A stretch of 64,000 nt of DNA, taken from positions 3,145,044-3,209,043 of the forward strand of contig OZ240673.1 of NCBI GenBank assembly GCA_965198755.1, in the 5' to 3' direction. The position numbers and the translations under genes are program-made. Positions 38,226 through 50,027 of this stretch are shown here, piece after piece (positions within the stretch are counted from its first letter, which is position 1; each line of letters starts with the position of its first letter). The notes below the pieces were generated by a model. The model made no database searches and was not told the DNA's origin. It saw only the letters and a program-made list of their open reading frames with translations. The stretch is from Acetobacteraceae bacterium (lineage in GTDB: Bacteria > Pseudomonadota > Alphaproteobacteria > Acetobacterales > Acetobacteraceae).

Positions 38226-38564
38226 ATGGCCACACGCCTCGCCAACGATCCGGAGCTGACCTTCACTTTCCACGTCTTCGTTTGCACGAACCGGCGGCCG
38301 GAGGGACACGCGCGGGGAAGCTGCGCCGCCAAGGGCGCCGAGCGGTTGCGCGACTACATGAAGGCGCGGGCCAAGGAGTTGGGCTTGCCGGACACGCGCA
38401 TCAACACGGCCGGGTGTCTCGACCGCTGCGAACTCGGCCCGTGCATCGTAGTCTACCCGGACGGTATTTGGTACAGCGTAGCGACCACTGCGGATGTGGA
38501 TGCGGTTCTGGCCGAGCACCTGCAGGCAGGCGGGCGGGCGCGCGCTTTGATGCTGGACCAATGA
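38226..38564 (+). CDS. Thioredoxin-like [2Fe-2S] ferredoxin
   Basis: VCTN...GSC...GCLDRCELGP...YPDGIWY. Confidence 0.9.
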   Translation: MATRLANDPELTFTFHVFVCTNRRPEGHARGSCAAKGAERLRDYMKARAKELGLPDTRINTAGCLDRCELGPCIVVYPDGIWYSVATTADVDAVLAEHLQAGGRARALMLDQ

Positions 38565-39862
38565 CCGGCGGGCGGTCTGACCGTGACACGATCTTCGCCT
38601 TGGCGACCGGCGCAGGGCGCAGCGCGGTCGCGATCATGCGTTTGTCCGGAGAAGCGTCAGCGCGCATCACTGCCGCGATGTGCGGCAGCGTGCCGCCTGC
38701 CCGCCGGGCAACGTTGCGGCCCGTATATGGGCCGGGCGGGGCCTTGCTGGACCGGGGGCTGGTCCTGTGGATGCCGGGGCCGGCCAGCTATACGGGGGAG
38801 GACACGGCGGAGCTCCACCTTCACGGGAGCATCGCTGTTACAAACGCAGTGGCGCGGGCGTTAGTGGAACTCGGTGCACGGCCTGCCGAGCCGGGCGAGT
38901 TCACGCGACGCGCCTTCCTGGCAGGACGGATGGACTTGCTGGAAGCCGAAGCGGTTGCCGACCTGGTTGCGGCGGACACCGAGACGCAACGCGTGCAGGC
39001 GCTTGGCCGCATGGGCGGCGCGGCGGGAGGACTGGTGCATGACTGGTCGGACCGGCTGACCCGGTGCCTTGCCTTTCAGGAAGCAACCATCGACTTTCCC
39101 GACGAGGCGTCGGAGCAGCCCGGGCAGCGCACCGCCGACGAGATCGGGGCGCTGGCCGAGGAGATCACGGGCCACCTGGCGCACGCACCTGTAAGCGAGC
39201 GTGTGCGGCACGGCGTGGTGGTCGCTATCTCGGGCGAGCCTAACGTGGGCAAGTCCTCGTTGTTCAACGCGCTCGCCGAACGTGAGGCGGCGATCGTCTC
39301 GCCGATGCCTGGTACCACGCGTGACGTGCTGGAGGTGGCACTCGACCTGGGCGGCGTTGCGGTGACGCTGGTCGATACGGCCGGGCTGCGCGAGACGAGC
39401 GATCCGCTCGAGGCGGAGGGCGTGCGGCGGGCCAGGGCACGCGCCGCCTCGGCACACCTGGTTCTGGAAGTGGTCCAAGCCGGGACGACCTGCGCCGCTT
39501 CGGTGGCGGCTGCGGACGTGATCAGAATTGCCAGCAAAATCGACCTCGCGGCGGCGCCGGACGGCGTTCTTGGCGTCAGCGTGGTGACGGGTGAAGGTCT
39601 GGACGTGCTGAAATCCCGCCTGTTGGAGCACGCATCCCGGCTGACCGGACGTGGTGAGGCAGCGCTGTTCGCGCGCGCGCGCCAGGTCGCAGCGTTGCGG
39701 GAGGTGTCAGACGGGCTGCAGGCGGCGACGGTGGCTTTGATGCCCGAGTTGCGGGCGGAGGAATTGCGGACAGCGCTGGCTGCGCTGGGCCGCCTGGCTG
39801 GCCGCATCGATACCGAAGCCGTGCTCGATGTGGTATTCGGTGCGTTTTGCATCGGCAAGTAG
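38561..39862 (+). CDS. mnmE: tRNA modification GTPase
   Basis: [33 protein letters not shown]. Confidence 0.97.
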   Translation: MTGGRSDRDTIFALATGAGRSAVAIMRLSGEASARITAAMCGSVPPARRATLRPVYGPGGALLDRGLVLWMPGPASYTGEDTAELHLHGSIAVTNAVARALVELGARPAEPGEFTRRAFLAGRMDLLEAEAVADLVAADTETQRVQALGRMGGAAGGLVHDWSDRLTRCLAFQEATIDFPDEASEQPGQRTADEIGALAEEITGHLAHAPVSERVRHGVVVAISGEPNVGKSSLFNALAEREAAIVSPMPGTTRDVLEVALDLGGVAVTLVDTAGLRETSDPLEAEGVRRARARAASAHLVLEVVQAGTTCAASVAAADVIRIASKIDLAAAPDGVLGVSVVTGEGLDVLKSRLLEHASRLTGRGEAALFARARQVAALREVSDGLQAATVALMPELRAEELRTALAALGRLAGRIDTEAVLDVVFGAFCIGK

Positions 39863-39870
39863 GATCGGTG

Positions 39871-41739
39871 ATGCCGGACGAGGCTGATTTCGACGTGGTT
39901 GTCGTAGGGGGCGGGCACGCGGGGACGGAGGCTGCGGCCGTAGCGGCTCGGATGGGCCCGCGCACGTTGCTGGTGACGCAGCAGCTTGGCCGCATCGGGG
40001 AGTTGTCGTGCAACCCCTCGATTGGGGGCATCGGCAAGGGGCACCTCGTCCGGGAGATCGACGCGCTGGACGGCATCATGGGCCGGGCGGCCGACGAGGC
40101 CGGTATCCACTTCAAAATGCTCAACCGCAGCAAGGGCGCTGCGGTGCGCGGAATGCGCGCGCAGGTGGACCGGGCCGCCTACCGTCTGGCGGTGCAGCGC
40201 CTGCTGAGCGAGACGCGCGGGCTCGTGCAGGAGGAAGATCAGGTTGTCGGCCTGGTCATCAAGCGCGGGCGGATCACCGGTGTCGTCCTGGGCTCAGGCA
40301 AGACGCTCACCTGCCGCGCTGTGGTAGTCACCACGGGGACGTTCCTGAACGGCGTGATCCATGTCGGTCATGCGCAAAGTCCGGCCGGACGCATGGGAGA
40401 GCCACCGTCGACCCGACTGGCAGAAAGCTTCCGGCAACTGGGGCTGCCGATGGGCCGGCTAAAAACCGGCACGCCGCCTAGGCTCGACCGCCGCTCCATC
40501 GACTGGGACGCATTGCCGGAAGATTGGGGCGATGCCGTGCCGGAGCTGTTCAGCGTGCTCAGCCGCGGCCTGGTTCAGCCACAAATCGAGTGTCGCGTCA
40601 CCCGCACCACACCGGCTACGCACGCCTTGATCCGTGCCAACCTGACCGCATCGGCGATGTATGGTGGCGCAATCAGCGGCAAGGGGCCCCGCTACTGTCC
40701 GTCCATTGAGGACAAGGTCGTCCGGTTCGGCGACCGCGACGGTCACCAGATTTTTCTCGAACCTGAAGGATTGCCGGGATCGGCCGACGGCGAGGTTGTC
40801 TATCCGAACGGACTCTCGACCAGCTTGCCCGCGTTGCTTCAGGCAGACATGCTGTCCACTGTGCCGGGACTGGAACGCGCCCGCATGGTCCGGCCCGGCT
40901 ATGCCGTGGAATACGACTACGTCGATCCGACGTGTCTGCAACCTAGCCTGCAGACCAAAGCGGTCGCAGGCTTGCTCCTGGCGGGGCAGATCAACGGCAC
41001 CACCGGATACGAAGAGGCGGCTGCGCAAGGCGTGTTGGCCGGCATCAACGCGGCTCGGCTCGCGGCGGGGCTCGATGTGATCTTGCTCGACCGGGCCTCG
41101 AGCTACATTGGCGTCATGGTCGATGACCTGACATCCCAGGGCGTCTCCGAACCATATCGGATGCTTACCTCCCGGGCGGAGTATCGCTTGTCCATACGTT
41201 GTGACAACGCCGATCTCCGACTAACTCCGCTGGGAATGACGATCGGCTGCGTCGGCGACACGCGGGCGCGCAGCTACTTGGCATTTGAGGCCGAGTTGAG
41301 CGTCGCCCGCGGCCGAGCCGAGCAGGATACGCTCACGCCGTCGGAGCTGGGGCGGGTGGGTATCAATGTCTCACAGGACGGCATTGCAAAGCGGCTGCAG
41401 GATGCGCTGGTCAAAACCGACGACATCGCCCTGATCGGCCGGGCTTTCCCATGGTTCGCGGCGATGTCTGCGCGCGTCCGGGATCAGATGGTCACGACCG
41501 CTCTGTATGAGGGCTACATAGCAAGGCAAGACGCTCAAATTCGTCAGTTCCGCAGGTCGGAGACGGCCAGCATCCCTGCAGATTTGGACTACAACGTCAT
41601 CCCTGCGCTCGGAACTGAAGCGTGCGAACGCTTGAGTAAAGCGCGACCTAAGTCGATCGGCGCGCTGACGAGAGTTCCGGGCCTGACACCATCAGCTTCA
41701 CTGGCAGTGATGGCTTATGTTAGGAGGTCAGCCGAGTGA
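39871..41739 (+). CDS. mnmG: tRNA uridine-5-carboxymethylaminomethyl modification enzyme
   Basis: [38 protein letters not shown]. Confidence 0.97.
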   Translation: MPDEADFDVVVVGGGHAGTEAAAVAARMGPRTLLVTQQLGRIGELSCNPSIGGIGKGHLVREIDALDGIMGRAADEAGIHFKMLNRSKGAAVRGMRAQVDRAAYRLAVQRLLSETRGLVQEEDQVVGLVIKRGRITGVVLGSGKTLTCRAVVVTTGTFLNGVIHVGHAQSPAGRMGEPPSTRLAESFRQLGLPMGRLKTGTPPRLDRRSIDWDALPEDWGDAVPELFSVLSRGLVQPQIECRVTRTTPATHALIRANLTASAMYGGAISGKGPRYCPSIEDKVVRFGDRDGHQIFLEPEGLPGSADGEVVYPNGLSTSLPALLQADMLSTVPGLERARMVRPGYAVEYDYVDPTCLQPSLQTKAVAGLLLAGQINGTTGYEEAAAQGVLAGINAARLAAGLDVILLDRASSYIGVMVDDLTSQGVSEPYRMLTSRAEYRLSIRCDNADLRLTPLGMTIGCVGDTRARSYLAFEAELSVARGRAEQDTLTPSELGRVGINVSQDGIAKRLQDALVKTDDIALIGRAFPWFAAMSARVRDQMVTTALYEGYIARQDAQIRQFRRSETASIPADLDYNVIPALGTEACERLSKARPKSIGALTRVPGLTPSASLAVMAYVRRSAE

Positions 41740-42344
41740 GTGTTTCACGTGAAACACTCGTCGAGGCGCCCAATGTTTCACGTGAAACACGAGAGAGACT
41801 TGAGGTGCTGGAGCGCCTAATCCGCTTATGGAATCGTAGGATCAACCTCATCAGCCGCACGGACGAGCCCGTTCTCTGGAAACGCCACATCAGCGATTCG
41901 CTGCAGTTGACACAGTTCATACCGCCTGAAACCACCTCCGCAATCGACATTGGCTCAGGCGCCGGGTTTCCCGGCCTGGTACTTGCCATAGCTACCAACA
42001 TCCCGTTTATCCTCGTCGACTCCGACGCTCGAAAAGCCGCCTTCCTTGTCGAAGCATCACGCGTAACATCCGCGCCGGCACGCGTTGTCAACGCCCGGAT
42101 TGAAACCGCTTGCCTTGTCCCCGCTTCCCTCGTCACCGCTCGTGCGCTTGCACCACTGTCTCAAATCCTTCCCTGGGCCGCGCCGAACCTGACAGAAGGC
42201 GGAACCCTCCTCCTTCTGAAAGGCAAATCGGTCAAACGGGAGGTTGAGGAGGCGTCTGCCGCATGGACCATGCACGTCGACCACCGTATAAGCGCCACCG
42301 GAGACGGCGTCATGTTGCGGATCACTAGGATTGCTCGTGCCTGA
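41736..42344 (+). CDS. rsmG: 16S rRNA m7G527 methyltransferase
   Basis: [26 protein letters not shown]. Confidence 0.95.
   Translation: MSVSRETLVEAPNVSRETRERLEVLERLIRLWNRRINLISRTDEPVLWKRHISDSLQLTQFIPPETTSAIDIGSGAGFPGLVLAIATNIPFILVDSDARKAAFLVEASRVTSAPARVVNARIETACLVPASLVTARALAPLSQILPWAAPNLTEGGTLLLLKGKSVKREVEEASAAWTMHVDHRISATGDGVMLRITRIARA
41741..41756. promoter_or_regulatory. parS centromere-like site 1 (inside rsmG)
   Basis: Perfect palindrome TGTTTCACGTGAAACA. Confidence 0.95.
41774..41789. promoter_or_regulatory. parS centromere-like site 2 (inside rsmG)
   Basis: Perfect palindrome TGTTTCACGTGAAACA. Confidence 0.95.
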
Positions 42345-43131
42345 AGATGACAGCCGACAAACCAGGATCCTGGCCATCGCCAACCAGAAGGGCGGCGTTG
42401 GTAAGACAACAACGGCGATCAACGTAGCAACCGGCTTTGCACAGAACCGCCAGCGCGTCCTGCTGCTTGATCTTGATCCGCAAGGCAACGCCTCGACTGG
42501 GCTTGGGTTAGATCGCGCGAGCCGAGGGGCAGGCACTTACGCCATGCTGCTGGAGGGCCGAACTGCCCTGTCGCTTATCCAACCGACGCTGATCCCAAAC
42601 CTCGACATCATCTCGGCGGACCCAGACCTCGCAGGCGCCGAGGTTGAGCTAGTGTCAATGGATCAACGCGAGTACCGGCTTGCCCAATCGCTTCGCGACG
42701 TCAGCGGCTACACCCACATCATCATCGACTGCCCGCCCAGCCTGAGCCTGCTGACCCTCAACGGCCTGGTTGCAGCTACCTCGGTGGTGGTGCCGCTGCA
42801 ATGCGAGTTCTTCGCGCTTGAAGGAATCAGCCAACTGGTCAAAACGATTGAGCTAGTCAAGCGCAGCCTCAACCCGAGGTTGACACTACAGGGCATCGTG
42901 CTGACCATGTTTGACCGCCGGAACAACCTCTCCGACCTGGTTGCAGCAGACGCGCGCAGCTTCTTCGGCGACAGGGTATACGACACCATGATCCCTCGGA
43001 ACATCCGCATCTCCGAAGCCCCGAGCCACGGCAAGCCAGTGCTCATCTACGACCGCAATTCGGCCGGCGCGCTCGCCTACAGCAAGCTCGCCACCGAGAT
43101 GCTCGCGCGCGAAGAAGCGACGGTCCGATGA
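42331..43131 (+). CDS. parA: Chromosome partitioning ATPase
   Basis: NQKGGVGKTTT, DLDPQGNAS, DCPPSL, EAPSHG. Confidence 0.97.
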   Translation: MLVPEDDSRQTRILAIANQKGGVGKTTTAINVATGFAQNRQRVLLLDLDPQGNASTGLGLDRASRGAGTYAMLLEGRTALSLIQPTLIPNLDIISADPDLAGAEVELVSMDQREYRLAQSLRDVSGYTHIIIDCPPSLSLLTLNGLVAATSVVVPLQCEFFALEGISQLVKTIELVKRSLNPRLTLQGIVLTMFDRRNNLSDLVAADARSFFGDRVYDTMIPRNIRISEAPSHGKPVLIYDRNSAGALAYSKLATEMLAREEATVR

Positions 43132-43985
43132 GCGGCAATCCACGTCTCGGCAAAGGCCTGGCGGCCCTGATGGGCGACATGCCAGCGCGTGCGGAAGCAG
43201 TGCCGCCGCAAACTGGTATTCGCAGCCTCGCCATCGAGGCGCTCGAACCCGGTCCGTTTCAGCCGCGCAGCAGCTTCAACGCGGAAAGCCTTGCAGAACT
43301 GGTCGATTCGGTGCGGGCGCAGGGGGTTCTCCAGCCGCTCCTGGCTCGCAGCAACCCCGCTAAGCCGGGCCAATACCAGATCATCGCCGGCGAACGCCGC
43401 TGGCGAGCGGCGCAACAGGCTGGCCTGCACGAGGTGCCGGTGCTGCTGAGGGAACTGTCCGACGCCGACGCAATGGCAGCTTCCCTGGTGGAAAACCTGC
43501 AACGGCAGGACCTCAATCCGATCGAGGAGGCTGAAGGCTTCCGGCGCCTGCAGGACGAGTTCGGCCTGACACAGGAAGAACTCGGGCAGGCAGTCGGCAA
43601 ATCTCGCAGCCACGTGGCCAACATCTTGCGCCTGCTGCAGCTTCCCCCCAGCGTGCGACGCGACGTCCAGGATGGCCGGTTAACATCCGGACACGCGCGC
43701 GCCCTGCTCGCCCACCCCGACCCGGAGCAAGCTGCGAGACAGGTCATCTCCCGCGGGCTGAACGTGCGCCAGACGGAAGCCCTTGCGGCAAGCCGCCCGG
43801 CAGAGATGCCTGCGCCTAAAGAGCGTGTTCGGGATCCTGAGACCGAAGCTTTGCAACGCGACCTGTCCGAACGGCTGGGCTTGACCGTGCAGATCAGCTT
43901 CGACGGCAAGGGTGGAACAGTCAGCTTGAAATACAAGAACCTCGATCAGCTTGATGGACTAATTGCTTTGTTGACGCCGAGCTAA
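43128..43985 (+). CDS. parB: Chromosome partitioning CTPase
   Basis: LGKGL, QPR, IIAGERRWRAA, ENLQRQDLNPIEEA. Confidence 0.97.
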   Translation: MSGNPRLGKGLAALMGDMPARAEAVPPQTGIRSLAIEALEPGPFQPRSSFNAESLAELVDSVRAQGVLQPLLARSNPAKPGQYQIIAGERRWRAAQQAGLHEVPVLLRELSDADAMAASLVENLQRQDLNPIEEAEGFRRLQDEFGLTQEELGQAVGKSRSHVANILRLLQLPPSVRRDVQDGRLTSGHARALLAHPDPEQAARQVISRGLNVRQTEALAASRPAEMPAPKERVRDPETEALQRDLSERLGLTVQISFDGKGGTVSLKYKNLDQLDGLIALLTPS

Positions 43986-44050
43986 GGCAAGCAAGGCCTT
44001 CTTTTTCGAGAAAAAGAAGCAAAAAGCTTTTGTCCTCGCTGTCGCAGACG
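43986..44050 (+). repeat. Palindromic element half copy E20
   Basis: GAAGC arm + CTGTCGCA, abuts the parB stop. Confidence 0.85.
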
Positions 44051-44149
44051 GTTGAACGAAGTGCTTTAACGCGGCACACAACGAATCCTGATTCTGTATT
44101 GAACGCCAAGTAGATTGTATGAACCATCGGCGATTGTGACTCGTGGCAG

Positions 44150-44308
44150 AAAGCAAGCAGTCCGTTTTTGAACAGAAGGACCAAAAAACTTTTGTTCCTC
44201 CGCGCTTGCAGCAGTCGAGTATCCCCGGGCAAAAGCGCGTGCTGAAAATGCGAAGAGAAGCAAAAGTTTTTTGCTTCTTTTTTTCAAAAAAGAAGGCCTT
44301 GCTTGCTT
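44150..44308 (-). repeat. Palindromic element E21
   Basis: Left arm GTCC/GGAC variant, right GAAGC-type arm. Confidence 0.85.
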
Positions 44309-44325
44309 CTACTACTCGGCTTGTA

Positions 44326-45324
44326 CTACGGTCTACCTCGGCGAGCCAGAATAGCCACCAGCCGCCTCGCAATCAACTCCGGCCGGCTTCCCGTACGTTT
44401 GCACGCCAACTCCGCCTGCCGCACGTCCTCAATTGCCCGTAGCAACCCTGCGCCGGACCATCGCGACAGGCTGGACGTGGTCTCTGCAACAGCCCGGTAG
44501 TAAACCGGCGGCCGCATCGTCCGGACAGCGTCGGCAGCTGACATTCCTGCCTCCATCCGTAGCCGCGCCTGATGATACTTCTGCAGTTGTCCGAGCAGCA
44601 TGCGGAGCACCGCCACCCCGTTCAGGCCGTCCAGCATCGCCGCTTCCAGCGCCGCGTCGGCAGCCACCGGGTCGCCGCGCAACGCCGCTTGCAGACTGTC
44701 TTCAGCGCTGCCGGCGCCACCCTCGCCAGTGCAGGCACGCGCGTCTTCGAGGCTCACCTCGCCGCCTTCGCCGGCAAATAGGGCCAGCTTCTCCACACCG
44801 GCGCGTGTCTGTGCCCTGTCGCCACCTAGTACTTGGCCCAGCCACGCCAGCGCGTCCGTGTCGATGGTCACGCGCGACTGGGCCAGGCCCGCCTTGATCA
44901 CGTCGGCCAAACCCCTGCCCTCGTCTGGGTAGCAGCCAATCGCCACGGCGTCCGGCGCCGCCTCAGCAAAGCTGCGGAGTTTGCCCCGTCCCAGCCCGGC
45001 CGCCTCCAATACTAGCAGCGCACCCCCTGGCCCCTTCAGTGCGTTGCTTGCGTGCGGCAAGATAGCATCGGCCGCGTCACGCACCACGATCACGCGCCGC
45101 CCGCCGATCATTGACAACGCGGCCATCTCCCCCGGTACCTGCGCCCAGCCTTCACGGGTCAGTTCGGACACTAAAAACGGATCGCTGAGGCTTCCCGCAA
45201 CCTTCCGTGTCAGCGCTTGAGAGCGCTCACGGATCAACCCCTCGTCATCGCCATAGAGGAGCGCCAGCCGGCAGGCCCCCGGGTTTGCCAGGAATCCCGC
45301 AACCTGCCGTGCATCCAGCTTCAC
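44326..45324 (-). CDS. holA: DNA polymerase III delta subunit
   Basis: LLYGDDEGL, EMAALSM, EKLALF; holA-lptE-leuS order. Confidence 0.92.
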   Translation of the reverse strand: MKLDARQVAGFLANPGACRLALLYGDDEGLIRERSQALTRKVAGSLSDPFLVSELTREGWAQVPGEMAALSMIGGRRVIVVRDAADAILPHASNALKGPGGALLVLEAAGLGRGKLRSFAEAAPDAVAIGCYPDEGRGLADVIKAGLAQSRVTIDTDALAWLGQVLGGDRAQTRAGVEKLALFAGEGGEVSLEDARACTGEGGAGSAEDSLQAALRGDPVAADAALEAAMLDGLNGVAVLRMLLGQLQKYHQARLRMEAGMSAADAVRTMRPPVYYRAVAETTSSLSRWSGAGLLRAIEDVRQAELACKRTGSRPELIARRLVAILARRGRP

Positions 45325-45842
45325 CCCGGAGCCTTCGCCCCTGCCGTCCGGTCGAAATACACGCCGAGGGCCAGCGCAATCTGATTAGCCAGCGCCTCGG
45401 CCTGACGCCGCTGCGTCTCTTCCTGCTCCAGGGTTGCGTAGAAGAACTGCTCGTCGAGGATGTTGTAGCCGTCCAGGCTACGGGCGGTTCCGCTCGCCAG
45501 TGTCGCGGCGGGATTGTCCACCAGGTGCAGCGACCAGGTAGCGGTGCTGATGTCCCGGTTGCGAGTGGTTGAGTTGTCGGCCTGCACGTTCAAGCCCTGC
45601 ACGCTTTCTGCGAAGCCCACGCTCAGGCTGTACCGCTTCGGCGTATCGGCCGACGATCCCTCCAAGCGAGCCTGCAGCGCCTGCCGCAACAATTGGCCCG
45701 GCCGGTTTGGAATCAGGCCGACATAGACTTCCGCCAGCCTTGCCTGGCCGGCGCCGGCGCTGACAGTCCCGTAGACCGGGTGGAAACCGCAGGCGGACGT
45801 CGCTGCAGCACAACCGATCACCAAGACGCGCCGGGTTATCAT
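45321..45842 (-). CDS. lptE: LPS assembly lipoprotein
   Basis: Lipobox [10 protein letters not shown]; position between leuS and holA. Confidence 0.88.
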   Translation of the reverse strand: MITRRVLVIGCAAATSACGFHPVYGTVSAGAGQARLAEVYVGLIPNRPGQLLRQALQARLEGSSADTPKRYSLSVGFAESVQGLNVQADNSTTRNRDISTATWSLHLVDNPAATLASGTARSLDGYNILDEQFFYATLEQEETQRRQAEALANQIALALGVYFDRTAGAKAPG

Positions 45843-48433
45843 CCGGCGACCACGAAGTTGACGATCTTGTCGGGCACGTGGATGCGTTTGACGATCCGCC
45901 GCCCCTCGAGCTGCCGCGCAACGTTCGGCTCGGCCTCTGCCGCGGCGATCACTTCGGCGGCCGGCGCGCCGGGTGCCGCCTCGATCGTGCCGCGCAGCTT
46001 GCCCATGATCTGCACCGCGATCGTCACCGCCTGTAACGCCAGCAGCGCGGGCTCAGCCTTAGGCCAGGGCTGGACCGCCAGCAATCCGGCCCCGCCCAGT
46101 CGCGCGAAAATCTCTTCGGCCAGATGCGGCATCATCGGGTAGACTAGCCGTGCGGCCACTTCGCTCGCTTCCCGGCGGGCAAACGCCATGCCGTCTGCCT
46201 CGGCAGTCCGGTCGGACTCCGCAATAGCGCCGGCCAGCTCGTAGATGCGCGCGACCGCCACGTTGAAGGTGAACCCCTCCAGCGCGTGCGTCACCGCGGC
46301 GATGGTCCGATGCGTCGTACGCCGTAGGGCCGTCGCCTCGGGCGCGCACGTCTCAGGCACCTCCGGCCGAACGCCGCAGGAGGGCTCCGCCAGGCGATAC
46401 AGCCGCTGGACAAAACGATAGGCGCCGACCACGCCGGCTTCCGTCCACTCGATGTCGCGTTCCGGCGGGTTGTCGGACAGGATGAACCAACGGGCCGTGT
46501 CGGCCCCGTAACGGTCTATGATGCCGCCAGGGTCTACGGTGTTGCGCTTGGACTTGCTCATCGCCTCCACGCGCCCCACCACCACGGGGCGGCCGCTCGC
46601 ACGCTCCACCGCTGCGCCGTGGCTCTGCTCCACCTCGTCCGGATACAGCCAGCGCCCGTCCTCGCTCTTGTAGCTGGCGTGGGTCACCATGCCTTGAGTG
46701 AACAGCCCGGCAAACGGTTCGGCTTGTGCCACGTAGCCGCTCGCCCGCATCGCGCGGGTGAAGAAGCGAGCGTAGAGCAGGTGCAGGATCGCGTGCTCGA
46801 TCCCGCCGATATACTGGTCCACCGGCAACCAGCCATCCACCGCCGCGCGCACCGTCGGCGTCGCCGCCCCCGGGCTGCAGAACCGCGCGAAGTACCACGA
46901 GCTGTCAACGAAGGTGTCGAACGTGTCCGTCTCGCGGGTCGCTGCCGCACCGCAGGCCGGGCACGCCACGTGCTTCCAGGTCGGGTGGTGGTCCAGCGGG
47001 TTGCCTGGCCGGTCGAACGTCACGTCCTCCGGCAGGCGTAGCGGCAGCTGGTCGTCGGGCACCGGCACCACGCCGCAGGACCCGCAGTGGATCACCGGGA
47101 TCGGGCAGCCCCAGTAGCGCTGCCGGCTGACACCCCAGTCGCGCAGGCGCCAATTCACCACGCTCTCGCCCCAGCCCATTTCCGTCAGCCGGCCGATCGC
47201 TGCTTGTTTGGCGTCCTCGATCGTCCTCCCGTCGAGGAACCCAGAGTTAGCGATCCGCCCGGCGCCGTCGAACGCCCGCTCGCCCACCTGGAAGGCGGCC
47301 GGGTCCTCGCCGTCCGGCACCACCACCACCGGCACTTCCAGCCCATATTTGCGGGCGAAATCCAGGTCGCGCTGGTCGTGCGCCGGGCAGCCGTAAATGG
47401 CGCCGGTGCCATATTCCATCAGCACGAAGTTGGCGATCCAGACGGGGAAGGACTGGTCCGGCAGAAACGGGTGCCGCACACACAACCCGGTGTCGTAGCC
47501 GCGCTTCTCGGCCTGTTCCAGCGCCACCTCGCTGGTGCCCAAGCCGCGGCACTCCGCCACGAACGCCGCTGCCCCCGCGTCGCGCGCTGCCACCGCCAGC
47601 GCCAGCGGGTGCTCGGCCGCCAGGGCGACGAACGACATGCCGAACAGCGTGTCCGGCCGGGTGGTGAACACCTCCACCTCGGCAATCCCCGCCTCCTCGG
47701 CCGCGAGCGGAAACCGCAGCCTCGCCCCCTCGCTGCGGCCGATCCACTTGGCCTGCATGGTGCGCACCCGCTCGGGCCAGCGGTCCAGCCCGTCCAGCGC
47801 GGCCAGCAGCTCCGGCGCGAACTTGGTGATCCGCATCGACCACTGGGCTAGCTTCTTCTTCTCGACCAGCGCGCCGGACCGCCAGCCACGCCCGTCGATC
47901 ACCTGCTCGTTGGCCAGCACCGTCCCGTCCACCGGGTCCCAGTTGACGAACGACTCGCGGCGTTCCGCCAGCCCCGCCGCCAGGAACGCCAGAAACAGCC
48001 GCTGCTGCTGGCCGTAATACTCCGGGTCGCAGGTGGCGAACTCGCGCCGCCAGTCGATCGACAGCCCCATCCGCTTCAGCTCGGCCCGCATTGCCGCGAT
48101 GTTGGCCCGCGTCCACTCGCCGGGATGCACCCCACGCTCCCGCGCCGCGTTCTCCGCCGGCAGGCCGAACGCGTCCCACCCCATCGGATGCAGCACCTGG
48201 TAGCCACGCGCCCGCTTGTAGCGCGCCACCACGTCGCCCAGCGTGTAGTTGCGCACGTGGCCCATGTGGATCTTGCCGCTGGGATAAGGAAACATCTCCA
48301 GCACGTAGTATTTAGGGCGGTCGCTCGCGGGGATGTCGTCCACCGCGAAACAGCCGGCTTCGTTCCAGGCGTGCTGCCATTGCGGCTCGGCGCTGGCAAA
48401 ATCGTAGACCGCTGGGGGAGAGGCTTCGTTCAT
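45839..48433 (-). CDS. leuS: Leucine--tRNA ligase
   Basis: [13 protein letters not shown] (HIGH), GGIEHA, AMSKS (KMSKS); ATG 48433 preferred. Confidence 0.98.
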   Translation of the reverse strand: MNEASPPAVYDFASAEPQWQHAWNEAGCFAVDDIPASDRPKYYVLEMFPYPSGKIHMGHVRNYTLGDVVARYKRARGYQVLHPMGWDAFGLPAENAARERGVHPGEWTRANIAAMRAELKRMGLSIDWRREFATCDPEYYGQQQRLFLAFLAAGLAERRESFVNWDPVDGTVLANEQVIDGRGWRSGALVEKKKLAQWSMRITKFAPELLAALDGLDRWPERVRTMQAKWIGRSEGARLRFPLAAEEAGIAEVEVFTTRPDTLFGMSFVALAAEHPLALAVAARDAGAAAFVAECRGLGTSEVALEQAEKRGYDTGLCVRHPFLPDQSFPVWIANFVLMEYGTGAIYGCPAHDQRDLDFARKYGLEVPVVVVPDGEDPAAFQVGERAFDGAGRIANSGFLDGRTIEDAKQAAIGRLTEMGWGESVVNWRLRDWGVSRQRYWGCPIPVIHCGSCGVVPVPDDQLPLRLPEDVTFDRPGNPLDHHPTWKHVACPACGAAATRETDTFDTFVDSSWYFARFCSPGAATPTVRAAVDGWLPVDQYIGGIEHAILHLLYARFFTRAMRASGYVAQAEPFAGLFTQGMVTHASYKSEDGRWLYPDEVEQSHGAAVERASGRPVVVGRVEAMSKSKRNTVDPGGIIDRYGADTARWFILSDNPPERDIEWTEAGVVGAYRFVQRLYRLAEPSCGVRPEVPETCAPEATALRRTTHRTIAAVTHALEGFTFNVAVARIYELAGAIAESDRTAEADGMAFARREASEVAARLVYPMMPHLAEEIFARLGGAGLLAVQPWPKAEPALLALQAVTIAVQIMGKLRGTIEAAPGAPAAEVIAAAEAEPNVARQLEGRRIVKRIHVPDKIVNFVVAG

Positions 48434-48454
48434 CGACGGAGACCTACCAGAAGG

Positions 48455-48493
48455 GAGCGCTGCTTTTTTGAAAAAAAGCAAAAAACGTTTGCT
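48455..48493 (+). repeat. Palindromic element half copy E22 (eroded)
   Basis: agcgctgcttttttgaaaaaaagcaaaaaacgtttg. Confidence 0.7.
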
Positions 48494-49010
48494 ACTGAGT
48501 GCCTTGGGCCCGCAGCTCGCGGGCGTGGGCGAGGATCTTGCTCTCGATGTCGGTGGCAGTGGCGGGGTTGACGGGTGCGTCTTCCCATTGGCCGCCGGCT
48601 TCCCTGGTCTGGCGGAAGATCGTCACCCGCAAGCCGTCCGAGCGCAGCTCGCGGCCCAGGACGTACGCCATCGCCTTGAAGCGTTCGTTGCTGGTCGTGG
48701 GCGGCTGATACCAGTCGGTCACTATCACGCCGCCGAACGGGTCCGTCGAGGCGAAGGGCATGAACCGCAGCGTGTCCAGCGCGCCGCGCCAGAGATACTT
48801 GTTCACCTGCAGGCCGCTATTGGCCTCCTGCTGCGCGTTGCTCTGGCCGCGCCCGGGCACGATCGGCGGCGGCAGCCCGTTCGGGTCTGCGAACTCCGCG
48901 TTGGCCAGCGGCTTGGCCGAACCCTTGTTGCTGTCGCCCCCACAGCCGGAAACGGCCAAGGCCAATACGAGAACGACGAAACTCGGCGAACGAAAAGGGG
49001 CGCGGGGCAT
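48492..49010 (-). CDS. DUF3576 family lipoprotein
   Basis: Lipobox LAVSGC; [25 protein letters not shown]. Confidence 0.9.
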   Translation of the reverse strand: MPRAPFRSPSFVVLVLALAVSGCGGDSNKGSAKPLANAEFADPNGLPPPIVPGRGQSNAQQEANSGLQVNKYLWRGALDTLRFMPFASTDPFGGVIVTDWYQPPTTSNERFKAMAYVLGRELRSDGLRVTIFRQTREAGGQWEDAPVNPATATDIESKILAHARELRAQGTQ

Positions 49011-49357
49011 GGTGTCCTGATGGTCACACGCCGGCGCGTCTCGCCGGCAGGGTGCTTCTGTAACCTTTGCGGGTTGGGGCGCCAAGCAGGGAAGGCAAGA
49101 AGTTCGTTTTCGAAGACAGCGGGTTCAAGTTCCGAAGCGAACACCCTGGCGAGAAGCTGTGTGACGCGCGCGCCTGCGACGCGCGCCGGTCGTCTGTCCA
49201 GATGGCCTGTTCAAGGCGAGGCCGCCTCTGACTGCCCTCGGCGGCGGCTCAAGCGAGCCCTGAGCAGCCTTTCGGACAGCCAAGCTGCTGACATCGGAGA
49301 AAACCTCGGAGCGCGACCAGGGTGGGGCAGAGGTATTGGCCAAGAAACTCGAGCTCG

Positions 49358-49460
49358 CCGAACCAAAAACTTTAGTCCCCTTGCGCATCCGCCGGCTGAA
49401 CGGTCCGCGACAGCCGAAACAAAAGTTTTTTGCTTCTTTTTTTCAAAAAAGAAACGCTTC
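49358..49460 (-). repeat. Palindromic element E23 (left arm eroded)
   Basis: CGCGACAG + right arm, which supplies the stop of the thiamine-phosphate-synthase-like gene. Confidence 0.85.
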
Positions 49461-50027
49461 GACACCTCCCACGCCAACCAGCACTGCCCCAGGCAACCGC
49501 CTCACATTCCGCCCGCTGACACCCCCCAGCGCCAGCACCGCCCCCTCCTGCCCGCGCACCATGCCTGCCCAGCGCAGCGGCCCCAGAGACCGCGCTCCAG
49601 GATGGCTCACTGTCGGGAACACCGGCGAGAGAAACACCAGCGCCCCGGCGGCCAGCCCCGCGCGCAACTCACGCGCGCCGTGCGCGGATGCGGTGGTCAG
49701 CCGGCCAGGAAGCGGGCGCACCCGGCCAGGCCGGCCGCCTCTCAGGTGCTGCCCGGCGGCAACCGAAGCGGCCAGACGCGGGTCACCTGCCACCGTGAGC
49801 GCGATCCGCCGCGCCCGGCACAGCGCTGCCACCCGCCGGGCCAGTGCTGCGCGTCCCTCTACCCCGTCATGGCGGAACACCACGCCGCACAGCCCCGGCG
49901 GCAAGCGTGCGATGGCCGGCAACGGGTCCGGCAGCCGTGCAGCGTCGGTGAACAGCCACAGCACCGGCGTGGTGAGCCGCCTGCGCGCCTTGACCGCACG
50001 CGCCCACGCAACCAGCCTAACATCCAT
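49443..50027 (-). CDS. Thiamine phosphate synthase (TMP-TENI) family protein
   Basis: LWLFTD, VVFRH, TASAH, LSPVFPTVSH, LALGGV. Confidence 0.8.
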   Translation of the reverse strand: MDVRLVAWARAVKARRRLTTPVLWLFTDAARLPDPLPAIARLPPGLCGVVFRHDGVEGRAALARRVAALCRARRIALTVAGDPRLAASVAAGQHLRGGRPGRVRPLPGRLTTASAHGARELRAGLAAGALVFLSPVFPTVSHPGARSLGPLRWAGMVRGQEGAVLALGGVSGRNVRRLPGAVLVGVGGVEAFLF

